This document shows positions 39,254 to 52,521 of a stretch of DNA of 64,000 nt, one piece after another. The stretch spans positions 26,703,194-26,767,193 of the forward strand of contig NC_068981.1 of NCBI RefSeq assembly GCF_001194135.2. The letters are read 5' to 3'. Numbering within the stretch: the first letter of the stretch is position 1; each line of letters begins with the position of its first letter. Source of the stretch: Octopus bimaculoides. Lineage: Eukaryota. A program made the translations under genes and the position numbers. Below the pieces are notes generated by a model. The model was not told the DNA's origin. It did no database searches and saw nothing but the letters and a program-made list of their open reading frames with translations.

Positions 39254-39450
39254 AAGGTGGGGAGCTGGTAGAATCTTTATCGTACCAGAAGAAATGCTTT
39301 GTGACATTTTCCCCTCTACGTTCTGAGTTCAAACTTCGCTCTCCATCCATTCTGGTTTGCTAAAATAAGTACCAGTCAAGTACAGGGGTCAATGTAATTG
39401 ACTCGTCCTCGCCCAGCAAATTTCAGGCCTTGTGCCTATGGTAGAAAATA
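39254..39450 (+). mobile_element. family C SINE with an internal deletion
   Basis: AAGGTGGGGAGCTGGTAGAATC...TACGTTCTGAGTTCAAA...CATCCATTC...AAAATAAGTACCAG...GGCCTTGTGCC. Confidence 0.85.
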
Positions 39451-40122
39451 TATTATATCGCTCTCTGATTTACACTCCCTTTTCTCTCTCATCCCCACTC
39501 TCTCTTTCTCTCTCTCTTTCTCACTTTGTCTTTCTCCCACTCTATCTCACTAACTCTTCCTTCATACTGTGCCAGCTTCAAAATGGATGCATGCACTGGA
39601 AAATGAATTCATAGATAGACAGACAGTCGGTACGGTCACAGGTATAGAGTTTGTAAACTATATTCGGTCGTTCAGATCATGACTGATCTAGACCCAATGA
39701 CTTCTATGTATATTTTTCCCCTTTTTAAGAAAGAATAGAGCATAATATGAAATAGATTTGGCTGCTATTTATCGCAGCTCGAGCAAGCTTACAAACATTC
39801 TACTAGACTCAGCTTTCTTACATATACAAATATCAAAGGTGGGAAAATATGTAAAACCTTCTGAAGTAGCTAGTACGATTCAACATCCTAAAGATCCTCA
39901 ACACATTTTTGTACATGGAGGGATAAACGTGTGTGTGTGTGTGTATGTATGCGCATGCGTATATACACGCACGTGTGTATGTACGTCTGTTTATATTACG
40001 TATATATATCAAAAGTGAGAATAATTTCACTTTTTGTGTACAATAAACATGCCATTCTATTTCCATTACAGACACCTGCATCAGATGCAAATAACAAATT
40101 AAGGATGTGGAACAACATACCT

Positions 40123-42710
40123 TAGACCACAAGGTGGTTCACAGGAAAATTCAGATGGTCTGTGGAAACGTATTTGTGGTCCACCTGATGAGTTAACATT
40201 TTTCCGTATACACACACATGTCGCGCAAACGAAATGTGCCTCATTGCATATGCGTGAGCATATATGAGTGCACGCATTGCCTATTGGACGATTAGCTATC
40301 CAATCATACACAGGCGCCTACAAACGAATCCATGTTTGTGCACATTAAAAACACAAAAAAAAGTGTGTTCTCAGCCGGTCAACGCGATCGTGTTTTCTAC
40401 CCAACATACTGTATTATCTCTCTAGGTACGTACATTTTTTTCGCATGTGTTAGTCTAATTTTAATCTGTAGAAATTTTGCTCTCAGTGATATGGAAAACG
40501 TGCCCTTAATTCTCCGTCCACCGACTCGGAAAAAAAGATTCTGTAGATGATATCACGAAGATTATATCAAATATGGTTTTGTATCTAGTGTAGAAGACCC
40601 TTTTTTTTTTTTACCACAGTGTGTTATCTGCTTAAAACTATTAACTAACAACTCAATGAAATCCTCGAAATTATTGTATCATCTGCAAAAAATCCATTCT
40701 GTTTATTTGGCAAGCCAAATGAGTACTTCGAAGAATACCATCGCGAAATATGTCTCATCTTCATCGCTCAAAAATTTCCTCGTCCATAGTAACAACCGTT
40801 CTGGTTTGCAGGCGTCCAATAACATTTCGCTCGTGATAGCAAAACAGAGTCGCCCACATACCGTTGGCGAAGATCTGATTAGGCCCTCCATATTTGAAGC
40901 ATATAAAGTTGCTAATGTACCGAACGCTGCCCCAGTTTTACCAAGTATTCCACTTTCAAACAACACTGTATCTTCCCGCATTTATGAAATGGCCGAAGAT
41001 GTCGAATCCATAGTTGTAGAAATTTGCGACACTGCAGATTCTCGTTGACGGTGGATGGTAGCACTTTTGACAACTAAGATGTTGTCCTTACCTTTTCTCG
41101 CTATGCGAAAGGTACCACAGTTTGTGAAAACTTACTGAAGAACACGGGAGAGACGATCTACAATGCAGTCATGGATTATCTTACTAAAAATGGCATTGAT
41201 CCCCTCAACCTCATATCAATATGCACTGACGGAGCACCGTCTATGATTGGCAAATTCCAGGGTTTTGTTGCCAGATAGATAGAATTTAATCCCGTCTTCA
41301 CAATTCATTGCGTTCTCCACCGAGAAAACCTGATTGCAAAAAGAACCGGAAATAATATATTTTCTGAAAACCTTGACTTAATTGCTTCCACAGTAAAAAA
41401 ATAATCAAAAGATCTGCTCATCAAGACAGGCATTTTCAAGAAGCTTGTAAAGATGAAACGTTCGACCGTCTGTTGTATTCAACAGATAGATATACGCTGG
41501 CTATCAATGGGAAGTTGTCTCAGACCTTTTCTGGCACTTTTCGATAAAGTCATAGAGTTTCTTCAACAGACTGATCCAACTATGACAGCATCACTTTCTC
41601 TGAAAAAGCCTGTAATTTTTATTTACATGAAATCTTTCTTTACAAAAGCAAAACATCAGCATTGTATGAACCAGACACTTGATAAGGGTGCTTGTGAATA
41701 AACTCGTTCTTTGGAAACTTCAAATTGAAGATCATAACTTTCTGCATTTTGCGAACTTAAAACTCTTGTGGTAGATAACGACTTGCACAGATATATAATC
41801 GGGCATCTATCTTTCCTTCAGGAAAAGTTCAATATTCGTTTTGAAGATCTTTTGGCTTTAAATATCCCAATTTGTGTGGACTCTCTTCACACAGTGACTA
41901 TGAACGATATACTTGTTCAACCAGAATACGTTTAGATGGAGCTATGTGAAGCGACGGTAGATGATAATGTGCGCAAATCGTCTGAAAACAACTGGGACGA
42001 GGCTTGGTTGAATCATTCTCACGAATATCCAAAGATGTTTGAACAAGTCGAGCTTTTATTGTAAATCTCCCGACATCCTACTTGGCTGAAAAGGGATTTT
42101 TTTCCTTGTCCTTCACTCGTTCATGAAGCAGCGGAGGCGTTTGAATCTCGATAACAATGTTGATTTGAGAATTCGCTTGAGCCAAAAAGAGCCAAGGATT
42201 TATCAGCTTGTGGATAAAAAGCAAACCCAAGGGCCTCAATGCAGTTTCCTTGACGTTTTTCCCGACGACTTGTAGCTGACATTTTAAAGTTAATTCAATT
42301 TGTTATATTCCCTCAAACATTTACAAAACCTTTTGTACTGATCCCAACTTCACTCCTCACATTTTTTGAATTTACCATTCACATTGTTATATTTTAACTG
42401 TACAGCTTTTTTCTGAATAAAAGCGGGTGTTTTCACGACTCAGTAACCTTTTCTATTCGATTCTATAAAAATAAAGCTTTCTTGAGATCATGTGCATTTG
42501 CAAATTGGTTTTGTTATTGTTGTTCTCAGTTATTTGTTCTCTGTGATGCCCCTTACAAGAACAAAAAAGGAACTTTCATTGCAAAGTGAAAATGATACTA
42601 ATATTTATGAGTAGCAGTTCTTTTACAATAAATTTAAAATTGGAGGTGGTCCACAGGAAAAAATTACTTATTTTGGTGGTCCACAGCGAAAAAAAAGTGC
42701 TCAGTGAGGT
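40123..42710 (+). mobile_element. decayed hAT DNA transposon (Buster/Charlie-type); termini eroded, boundaries approximate
   Basis: Transposase remnant inside; subterminal GGTGGT(C/T)CACAG motifs near both ends (about 40134, 42648, 42677). No clean TIR or 8-bp TSD seen. Confidence 0.75.
40492..42245 (+). pseudogene. hAT (Buster/Charlie, ZBED5/ZBED8-like) transposase pseudogene, nearly full length
   Basis: YHEDYIKYGF...PQCVICLKLLTNNSMKSSKL, IAKQSRPHTVGEDLIRP, IPLSNNTVSSRIYEMAEDVE, ICTDGAPSMIG, IHCVLHRENL, RWLSMG, YP...LPTSYLAEKGF...KQRRRL...DLR..LS..EPRI. Many stops and frameshifts. Confidence 0.92.
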
Positions 42711-45183
42711 CGGATGTAGTATTAAACCCGGTGGCGTGATATGTCTACCAATACCAGAAGTTTACTTTATTTACTATTCCAATATCCTTAGAAAACGCAC
42801 GAGCGTCAGAATGTCACACGTTTCATTTCTCAATTTCAAGGGTCACTGCGTTCTAATAAAAAAAGATCTCATCTTGTTTATTGATTAATACTAAATGTGA
42901 TTATATACTGTAAATATTTTAGAGATTTATTACAGGTCGAATTTATCAAGTGTCGGTCTTTAGTTTCGAAATCATACCATTAATATGTGTCTTTTTTATT
43001 TACAATCCACTTCGCCCATGAAATGTGTACAAAAATGTTATAGTATCATATAATGTTTTTTAATAAAGACCGATGGACAAATTTTCATTGGTGCACTGAT
43101 TGTTTTTCAATCCTGAGATCAGCTAATACAATCGGTGAAACGATTGCATGCAATACACATTGTTATTGTTTCAGATAGTCCAGCTCATCTGATAGAGAAT
43201 CAAGTGGGCAATCCAGCATAAAATAGTTTAGTATTTGACATGCAGCGTTGCACTCTGAGCATGCTATCGTTGTGCTATATTGTAACAGTGTTCTATATAA
43301 CGTATTTCAAGATATTCACTGCTCTACTGACATGTTTTTAATTTATTGGTAGATATATAGACATAAATATTTGTATATTCCTAGCTTCGTAAGTACGCGG
43401 CGCCTAACTTTATTATTAGTTTTAGTCTCTATTTTATACAATCCATTGTCAAATACTAATGCTTATTTATACGATGTTTATATTTGTCTTTTAGTAAATT
43501 TGTTTCCTTAGCGTAGCGTGTGCTACACTTTATAGTAAGCATATGAAATGTGGGAGAAAAATTCTCTCGAAATTCATATTTCTATCATTCCGTTTATTTT
43601 TCAGGGCTGCCTTGAATTATAATCGATTGGTTTCCTGCGAGGAAGAAGCAGAAATCTAATTTACTTTGATGCGATTAAAACCGATGATAAAGCCAATAAC
43701 ATACGTTTTAAGGAGACACATTTTGTTATTTATGGAGTGTCAGCTGAAGAATAACGCAAAAAAAATAGCAACAAAAACAACTTAATAACAATAATCAAAT
43801 AAAATAAATATCATATATATGTATATGTATGTATATATATATATATAATTATAAGATAATTATAAGATGGAAACAAAAAATAAATACCAAAGATAACACC
43901 AGTGACGACTATAACAATAATAAATCGAAGACAAAACAATAATGAAAATACAACTATCCAAATGCAACTATCTTAACTGTCCTATTCTATTCCACTTCAT
44001 CAATTGTGCTTTTGTTGGCTTATTTTCACTGTTGTTCTTTATCTTTGTTTAAAAGAACACTTCTTACATTGATTTCTTTATAACTCTTTCAATTCCTATT
44101 GGATTATTTTATCACACATTCAGAAGGCACATCTAATTGCGCGCGCAGGCTTTTGCTTTTGTTTCAGTTTAAAAGTGTTTGCATGTGGGTGCATTTACTC
44201 ATGAATGCGGTTATACGGCCACATATACACATACATACACACATACGCTCATGTATGATAGTCATATTTATATTTCTGGTATGGACATCATATATATATA
44301 TATATATATATATANNNNNNNNNNNNNNNNNNNNNNNNNNNNNNNNNNNNNNNNNNNNNNNNNNNNNNNNNNNNNNNNNNNNNNNNNNNNNNNNNNNNNN
44401 NNNNNNNNNNNNNNNNNNNNNNNNNNNNNNNNNNNNNNNNNNNNNNNNNNNNNNNNNNNNNNNNNNNNNNNNNNNNNNNNNNNNNNNNNNNNNNNNNNNN
44501 NNNNNNNNNNNNNNNNNNNNNNNNNNNNNNNNNNNNNNNNNNNNNNNNNNNNNNNNNNNNNNNNNNNNNNNNNNNNNNNNNNNNNNNNNNNNNNNNNNNN
44601 NNNNNNNNNNNNNNNNNNNNNGTATATATACATACATATATATATATGTATGTGTATGTGTGTGTGTGTTTGAATTTATGTATGTATGTATGTATGTGCG
44701 TGTATATATATATCTGTGTGTGTATGTGTCTGTCTGTCTGTCTTTCTGTCTGTGTGTCTGTGTCTGTCTGTGTCTATGTTTCTTTAGCATTTCACACAGC
44801 TGTACCATATTCTACTTTTGCAGATGCATGATACTTGTAGAAGAAGCAGTCTGCCCTCCGTGAGATACTTAGAAAAAAGCTTGGATAAAAATTCATTTAA
44901 ATATCCATACTTGGAGAAGTTGGCTGAAGGAGATCAATAGCATTTTTATTTCTTGTTTATTTTTGGTGATTATATACATATATATATATTTTCTTTTCAT
45001 TTTCTAAAGAATTTTTTCTTCCTACAAGTATTTGAAAAAAATTATCACATCTTTTCTCGCTTCCCACATCTTATTGCATTTCCCATTTTTACCCATTTGG
45101 TTATATCTCTAGCATTATTGTTTGTCTATATATGTATGAGTCTGTTTGTGTATGCGGATGTGTGTGTGTGTGTGTGTGTGTGT

Positions 45184-45216
<33 letters not shown>

Positions 45217-45336
45217 AGTGTGTGCCTCTGTGTATGGGTGTGTGTGCCTGCGTATCTGTGTGCCTCTGTGTAACTATACAACACTTTATTCTACTTCTGA
45301 CATACTTAGTGCTCATAAGATTATTATTATTATTAA

Positions 45337-45379
<43 letters not shown>

Positions 45380-46885
45380 GAGAATAATAATATTGTTAAT
45401 AATCGAAAATTATCATAATCCTTATATCTATATAGTAATAAATATAAAGGTTTTTGTGTGAAAATTTGTATGGTTTTTTTTTTATTGATTATTATTATCA
45501 TTTTTTTAAACTTTTTTTTTTTATATTTCCGCAAATACAATGAAATTTCTTGAAAATGAAAGCATTTAATGTAGGTATGCTTTCTTTTAGAAAATGTAAA
45601 AGATAAACAAAAGAATATAAGGGGAAAATATGAGACATATGTTTAAATATATATATAAATAATCTTAATACAATAAAATGTATTTTAAATATAAAGCATT
45701 TAAAAAAGTGGTTTTCAAGGAAATATTTCTTTACAAACATTTACTTACATTCTCCACACTGGAACACCCCACCCCATTTTACTTCTGAAGCTGTTTTTAG
45801 TTATTTACATTTTTTTAACATTTTCTTTTCTGCACCATTTTTTTATTATAGCTATTCATTAGAAGAAAGGGAGGTAAATGGGGAAAAATATCCCCAAAAA
45901 TATAACAACCACAACGACAACCTCCACAGCAATAGCAACAATGACAAGAATAATAATAACAGAAACAGCAATAATAACGATAATAATGAATGTTTTGAAG
46001 TAGAAAAACTTCTTTATGTTATTAGCGTGGAGTATACATAAAGCAGGGATGTTTTCTATCTTTGCTTGGATTGTAGATTTTATTTATTTTCCCTAGTTAC
46101 TCGTTTATTTATCTATCTAAAGGTACTTGTTGTTTGCATTGGAACAATTGAAAGAATACAATTAATTAAATTTTCATTATATTCATAAATTGTTAAATAC
46201 AGAGGGACAATTCAATATTTTGGAGTAAAAATCTCGATACACGCACACATACGCGAGAATATATACAAATACGTACAAAGACAAATATAATACACACAGA
46301 AAGACGTTTTTTTTTACACTTATAAGTGCCTGTATGTATGTACGTCATTAGACATATACACATGCACCGGTTGAATAGGCTGTTAGGCATAACATGAAAT
46401 CTTAGTCAAAATGAAATTTGACTTTACATATATATATATATATATCAAACAGCAGCAAAAGACGGACCCTGAAGAAGCTGCACCGACAATTAACATCAAG
46501 ATGCACATTTAACAGTGAGCAGTTTTTTGCAGCCGAAACCACCGTTGGTCCAAGCGAAGAACGATGTAAATGACTGTATAATAAAATATGGATGTGCAAA
46601 TCTCTTCTCTTCTGATCTTCATTAATTACATTATTTTCTCTACGGAAATAATGCAGTCTCTATAAGGATATTCGGATTTACTAAGCGAAGTCAATGACCA
46701 ATTGTAATGAATTTTCAATAACTTGAGTATCTCCAACATGTATGTATTTGTATATATATATACATATATATAAATACATATATACACATAAATATATGCA
46801 TGCATATATATATATATATATATANNNNNNNNNNNNNNNNNNNNNNNNNNNNNNNNNNNNNNNNATATATATACATAAGTAAACG

Positions 46886-46921
<36 letters not shown>

Positions 46922-47085
46922 CATATTTACCACCTTCTCAATAAGTCTTTCAGTTCTTGACTAACCAAGATTCAAGATATCCTTGCCCTGGCATCTCCTT
47001 CTGTATGTATTTAGAGAAAGGCTGAGATAAAGAGAGTTAGGGAGAAAGGAAGAAAGAGAGCTGCAAGTTGTATTGATCTATGCGT

Positions 47086-47395
47086 GTACAGATAGGAGAG
47101 GTATAAGTTGGGATAGAGAAGAAAGATCTTTGTGTTTTTGAGTATATATCTATAAATTTTCTATAGGTATATTCCCGTATGCACACATATTCAATAGATA
47201 AATATATAGAGAGAAAGCGAGAAATAGATAGATTTATGAGTGCACAGGTGGGAGAGATATTAGTTGGGATACGGAAGAAAGATCTATGTATCTTCGAGTA
47301 TATAGCTATAATCTTTTTATAGTCATATTCTCATATACGCAGGTACAATAAATAGATATACAAGGAGAGAGCGAGACCGAGAGAGCGTGTATGTG
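47086..47395. repeat. diverged tandem dimer, period about 156 bp
   Basis: GGAGAGGTATAAGTTGGGATAGAGAAGAAAGATCT...GAGTATATATCTATAA (from 47086) recurs as GGAGAGATATTAGTTGGGATACGGAAGAAAGATCT...GAGTATATAGCTATAA (from 47242). Confidence 0.8.
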
Positions 47396-47897
47396 AGTGT
47401 ACCTGTGTGTACTGGCGCGTGCTAGAGAGAGTAACTGTTGTGTGTGTGTGCATGCTACAGAGAGATAAGAGAGACAGACAAAGAGAAAGAGATAGAGAGA
47501 GAGAGAAAATCAAGAGGAATTACGAGATTAATCAAACAATCACAGATTAAATCGAAAGGTATAACAGTGCAGATTATGTTCTGGGATTGTGAGTGTAAAG
47601 AAAAACGGAATTTAAATGGAACTTTTCTTCGTAAAATTTTAGTTGAATGAATAATTAATTCAAAATGCAGAAAAAAGATGTCTACTATATCAGGATTTTA
47701 ACCCACATGGATCTACGCAGGATTGCACCTAAGGATACATACTTTGGTTTCTATAACTTCAGAAAATTGAACTATTAACTTTTATGCTTCTTTTTTCTCG
47801 TTTCTTTCCATCTCCTTATTCTTTTACTCCCTTCCTCTATGTCGTCTTCTTATTAATGTATATAATTCTCATTTTCCCTATTTTTCCCTATTTGTGC

Positions 47898-47945
47898 CTG
47901 ATGACGAAATATCCCATACTCGAGGATATTCCTGAAACAGCTGTA
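47898..47945 (+). ncRNA. minimal hammerhead-like motif with canonical core (Penelope pseudo-LTR type)
   Basis: CTGATGA; 7-bp stem II AATATCC/GGATATT; GAAAC-AGCT-GTA (palindromic ACAGCTGT stem III, GUA triplet). Stem I pairing is not evident. Confidence 0.5.
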
Positions 47946-48046
47946 AGATTTTGAATTTCTTCCTATAATAATATTGTATACGACTTGAGATGTTTGCCTT
48001 GCCTTAATGTTTGCTGTCGTGTTTAACAATTATACATATATATATG

Positions 48047-48087
<41 letters not shown>

Positions 48088-48559
48088 GTAAGTGGTAGGT
48101 TTGCCTCGATCCTTCAGGGGTGGCTATCTAGTCCAACGAAAATGCTTTTTCTTGTATTTGTTGCTCCATTCTCCAAGTAAATATATATATATATATATAC
48201 ATACATGTGATATTTAGATATATTGGATATATCCCTAAAAATATACTGTATTATCTATCCATTTCTGGCGATCTTACTAATTGTTTTCACACTGCGTATT
48301 AGATAAGCGGATATTACATGACATAGTCGTTAACTAACACCTCCTGTTTTTTATTGATGACAGCGATGGACATAAGCATGGTGACTGCACTCTTATTAGA
48401 GGTGAAAATGTCACATCTGTTTTGTGGCTGATGTGCAAAACGAAACGAATTCGCAAGAGCCAAATTTACTGGGCCTTCCTCAAAAAGTGTGTTGATTGAC
48501 CCCAAATTATATGAAATTACTCCAAGACAATTTGATAAGTAAATATATATGCAGGGTTT

Positions 48560-50950
48560 GGTGGTCTAGGGGCTGGTATATGCGTAAGGGTGGCATATGT
48601 GTAAGTTTATTCTGGAGGTAGTTGTGCTGAAGCCCGAATGTTTAAGCCCAGATTTGGGCGCTTATGTGAACGTGTGTTCAATTGCACATGTCTTTTAAAG
48701 ATTTTACTGAGTTCTCTGCTTCCATTCCGCTAATTGTTCTCCCCAGAATTTTAGGTTAATGTTGGCCTTTATCCTCTATTTGAATTGATCCTATAAAACC
48801 ATAAGTATATCAGCATGGTCTTTTAACGGTACTGAATTTGCTGTAAATAATGTGATGTAGAAACCGAAACTTACTAATACGGTTACATAACCTGTCCATC
48901 TAAATTAGTGTTTGTTAGTTGCGGCTTGAAGAGTGTTAAACTTTTCTTAAAGGCAGCAGTGTTATTTATCAACGAATATCAAAGGTTCCTCAACTCCCTT
49001 GCTATCTTCCTGGATAGTACCATGTCTCTCATCCGTAAATAATGTTGCATCAAGGACAGACTGATAAACCACGAGTTTGATTTATTGTTTGAAGTTGTAA
49101 TTGTTTCTGTCGGTGTGGAGGAAAAGTCTTCCTAATGATATTTAGACAATAAGAAACGTGTTTTTCATATCCTTATCGGATTTGTATTGCATCTGAAAAC
49201 TTCGTAAGCTGAAAGTAAGTTGGATGCTCGAGATACTGCTGGTGTACACTGCAAGGTTTAACTGATGGTAGATTCTACCAGCAGTTTGGCTTTCTTGATA
49301 TTGGCAGTCAGTAAAAAACTGTCACATGTGTTATTTAGTTGATAGCTGACTGCTTCGTCTCTGCCCGTTATAAGCTGCTGAGGCACTAGTTTTGCATACT
49401 GCAAACCAGTAATTGGTCAGTCATGAGTGAAGTCTGGAAAAGTTAAAATATTCTCCATCGAAGCGATGCCTAATATCCACTGACAGCTAGTGCAGTATGA
49501 CTGCTTGATACAGAGGGAAGGGTGCTGGGCCAAAGCTTGTTTCAATCTACTGATGAATGGAAAGCCCTCGAAGATGTTGATTTTATGCGATATTTCTCCA
49601 ACACTGTAAAAGACAATAAGCCGAAGAGCTTCTGACAACTGCGTTAAAGTTGCAAAGGTCATCGGCATCTACATATTTTGGTAGTTATTCGGTTTTTCTC
49701 GACAAAAGCTTTGCTGGACCGTCCAGTTCTGAATTCAGTATTTTCCTATGATGTTCTGAAAGTGAGTTTTTTTGGATCATGTTCTAGTGATATGGTTTTA
49801 ATTGATGTAGCCCGATATTTCTTTGATAGAGTAACTATACCAAACTTCAACCTGCTTCCATGCAAAACCGATAGTTCATTTTATATGATTCTGTTGTAAC
49901 GTCTCAGAGTATGTTCCATAGGTCGCGTTACTGGGACTTTTGGTTAGCTGTGCTCGGTTGGTTTCTGAGATTTTTTGGCGAAACTTTTGTATTGAAATTT
50001 CAAGATACTGAATTTTTTTTTCCTATCTGTTTTACTAGATGGCTAAGGAATTTTCAGCGGATGGCGACCTTAAGTCGACTAATGTGGTTCGCTCAGCAGC
50101 CTCTTGCATTTATTATTGCGTAGATGATGAGAAAATATTTGGCAGGTCTTCGAGTGATGGCAGAATTATGGATGTGCTAAAGATGTGCTAAAGATTTGAA
50201 GTTGTTAAAGTCTGAAACTTGGTGATGATTATAAGGAGTTTCTGTTCTGCATCTAGTCCAAAAATGTGGTTAGAAAATAAGGATTTGGAAGTCGCCTTTC
50301 GATTCCAAATTTTTGTTTTCTAACTGCGTTTTCTATTACAAGTTTCCCTGACAGAATCTGGATGTGCGGCCACCAATTAGAACGAGCTTTTTTGTTTTGT
50401 TTTCTTGTGTTACATTGGAGGTGATATTCAATTTGATGGTACGGTTCGTCCTTAATATCTTCACGCATCTTCTTAAGCGTCTCGTCTAGTCTTTCAGGTG
50501 GATATATATGAAATGATATTATCAATATATGTAGTTTAAGGGTACGGTTTCCAACAGAAATGCAAAATTGACTTCTGATTCGCTCGCATTTTTCTAGAGC
50601 CTTCTTGTAAATGTGCGTGGAATAGAAGTTAGCAGCGATATTCCTAAATAGATCAGCCTAGAAGCTGATATATAGAGGATCGACCGGTCCGTGGTCCCAG
50701 AAATGTGACTATCACACGTCGACCGCTAATGTTCATGTCCGAGCTAGAATCCCCTAATTTTAGCAAATCCTATTTTCATCGTTCTCATTACTGTCAGACG
50801 TTTGGATTAGAAAAAAAGACCTGCCAATTGCCTGAACCTCTTATACTAAATCTCAACGTGTCAAGGAGTGAGGCCCCACACTGTGATCTAGAGATCACTA
50901 CGGCACATTTGTTGTGACGTGCATTATTGACAACAATGAATTGATCTATT
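48560..50950 (-). mobile_element. heavily decayed RTE-clade LINE (APE endonuclease plus RT remnants)
   Basis: Frame-broken peptides in the expected order: KIGFAKI (EN), NWW..IQ, F.I.RLKQ-LA, VDIRHRFDGEYFNFSRL (IRYR.DG.LFNL.RL), LQYA, LTANIKK, SLGRL...IKLVVYQSV, FRWTGYV. Confidence 0.75.
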
Positions 50951-52479
50951 GAAGACCCTACCTTCTCAGCCAGTCCGTCTAGCATTGTCCTTTTTTTAAA
51001 GTCTAGAGCCGTTGGGAATGTAACTTGTGGTAATGTATAAATAGCTATAATCTACTAATTTTTCCGTTTCTAGGAGGAATGTTTTTATTTCGAGGATAAA
51101 CTTTGTGGATAAACCGAACCCCTGTATTTATTTATTACAAAGAATCTAAATAGTACGTTTATCAAAAAGAAATGCTATATCTGACATTAAACAGTAACAT
51201 TCCTGTGTACTTCTCTGAATATCTTGTAGTTGCTTCGTATATAGGTTCACCAAGATGTCGTTTTCAATAGTATATTTTTGTACGATACATCATCGTTCAA
51301 CATAGTCAACTTAAAGCTTCTAATATTAATATTTAGGGCTGGATTTTGTATTTTTAATTTTTGTAGCATTTTTTTTTTCTTTTCCTTCGCGAGCTAATTT
51401 CTTACACAGAATAAGTAGTGAGAAGTTGATGATATATGTTACTTCTAGCAACCAGATATTGTGAACGAATCTAATCTACAGGTACACATTGTTTGTAATT
51501 GTAGCCTTCATTTGGTTTATCTTGGTTTTTGTTTTGTTTTATCCTAAAAGGCTGCATATTTGCGATGTTAATTTGTTTTAGCTAACTAATGTTATATATC
51601 CAACCTCCATACATTCTAATGAAATGAAAGCAACAAAATGCAACAATTGTCTCGATGTTTCTTCTTTGTTTTATAATTATACTTTTAAAGATTTATTGCT
51701 ACAAAGAGTAAATTGTATTTAAATGTTACAAACCAACTTAGAAATAAAACAAATATAAAATATATTAAATAAAACACACAGGAATTGTGGTAAAAAAATA
51801 TTGCAGCATACAATGAAAGAAATATCCGTTTCTATTAGTTAAGGGAAATTTGATAATTCATCTTATATATAGCTCGCGAAATATATCAAATAAAAAAACG
51901 AAAACAGGTAATGATTCAAAAGAATATGGTAATTCCAAGATAGAATATGAAATAAACACTAAAAAGATAAAGTCGAAAAAACATAGGTGAAGTATTAGAA
52001 ATCAGCTGTTCGAATAAGGAATATAGAACGTAAGTTTTGAATACTTTTCAATTTCCGTTCTGTCTTATGTGTTGGCGGTTTGGTAAACAGCATTCACCAG
52101 TAGATTTATTTGTCAATGAATTCCCAAGATCGAAAGTTACATTCAAGTTAGCATTAGATCGTATTTATATTTTAGACTAAAAGACAAATGCTTATGATTA
52201 GGAAATATAAACAAAAGAAACATTGCCAAATCATAAAAAAAGAAATTCTTAAAACAGTTCAATGAAATTTTACCAAAGGGAAAGTATCACAGTTAAGGGC
52301 TGGTAGATTCGTTCACCCCGTGTTGTATTCTTAATCATCATGTTTAACCTTAAATTGCCTTATCTACCATCAATTATATATGTTTCATGGGGTGCTGTAA
52401 CATAAAAGCAGAGAGAAATAAGTGAGAGAAAGAACGATAGACAGATAGATAGATAGATAGATAGATGGGNNNNNNNNNN

Positions 52480-52521
<42 letters not shown>

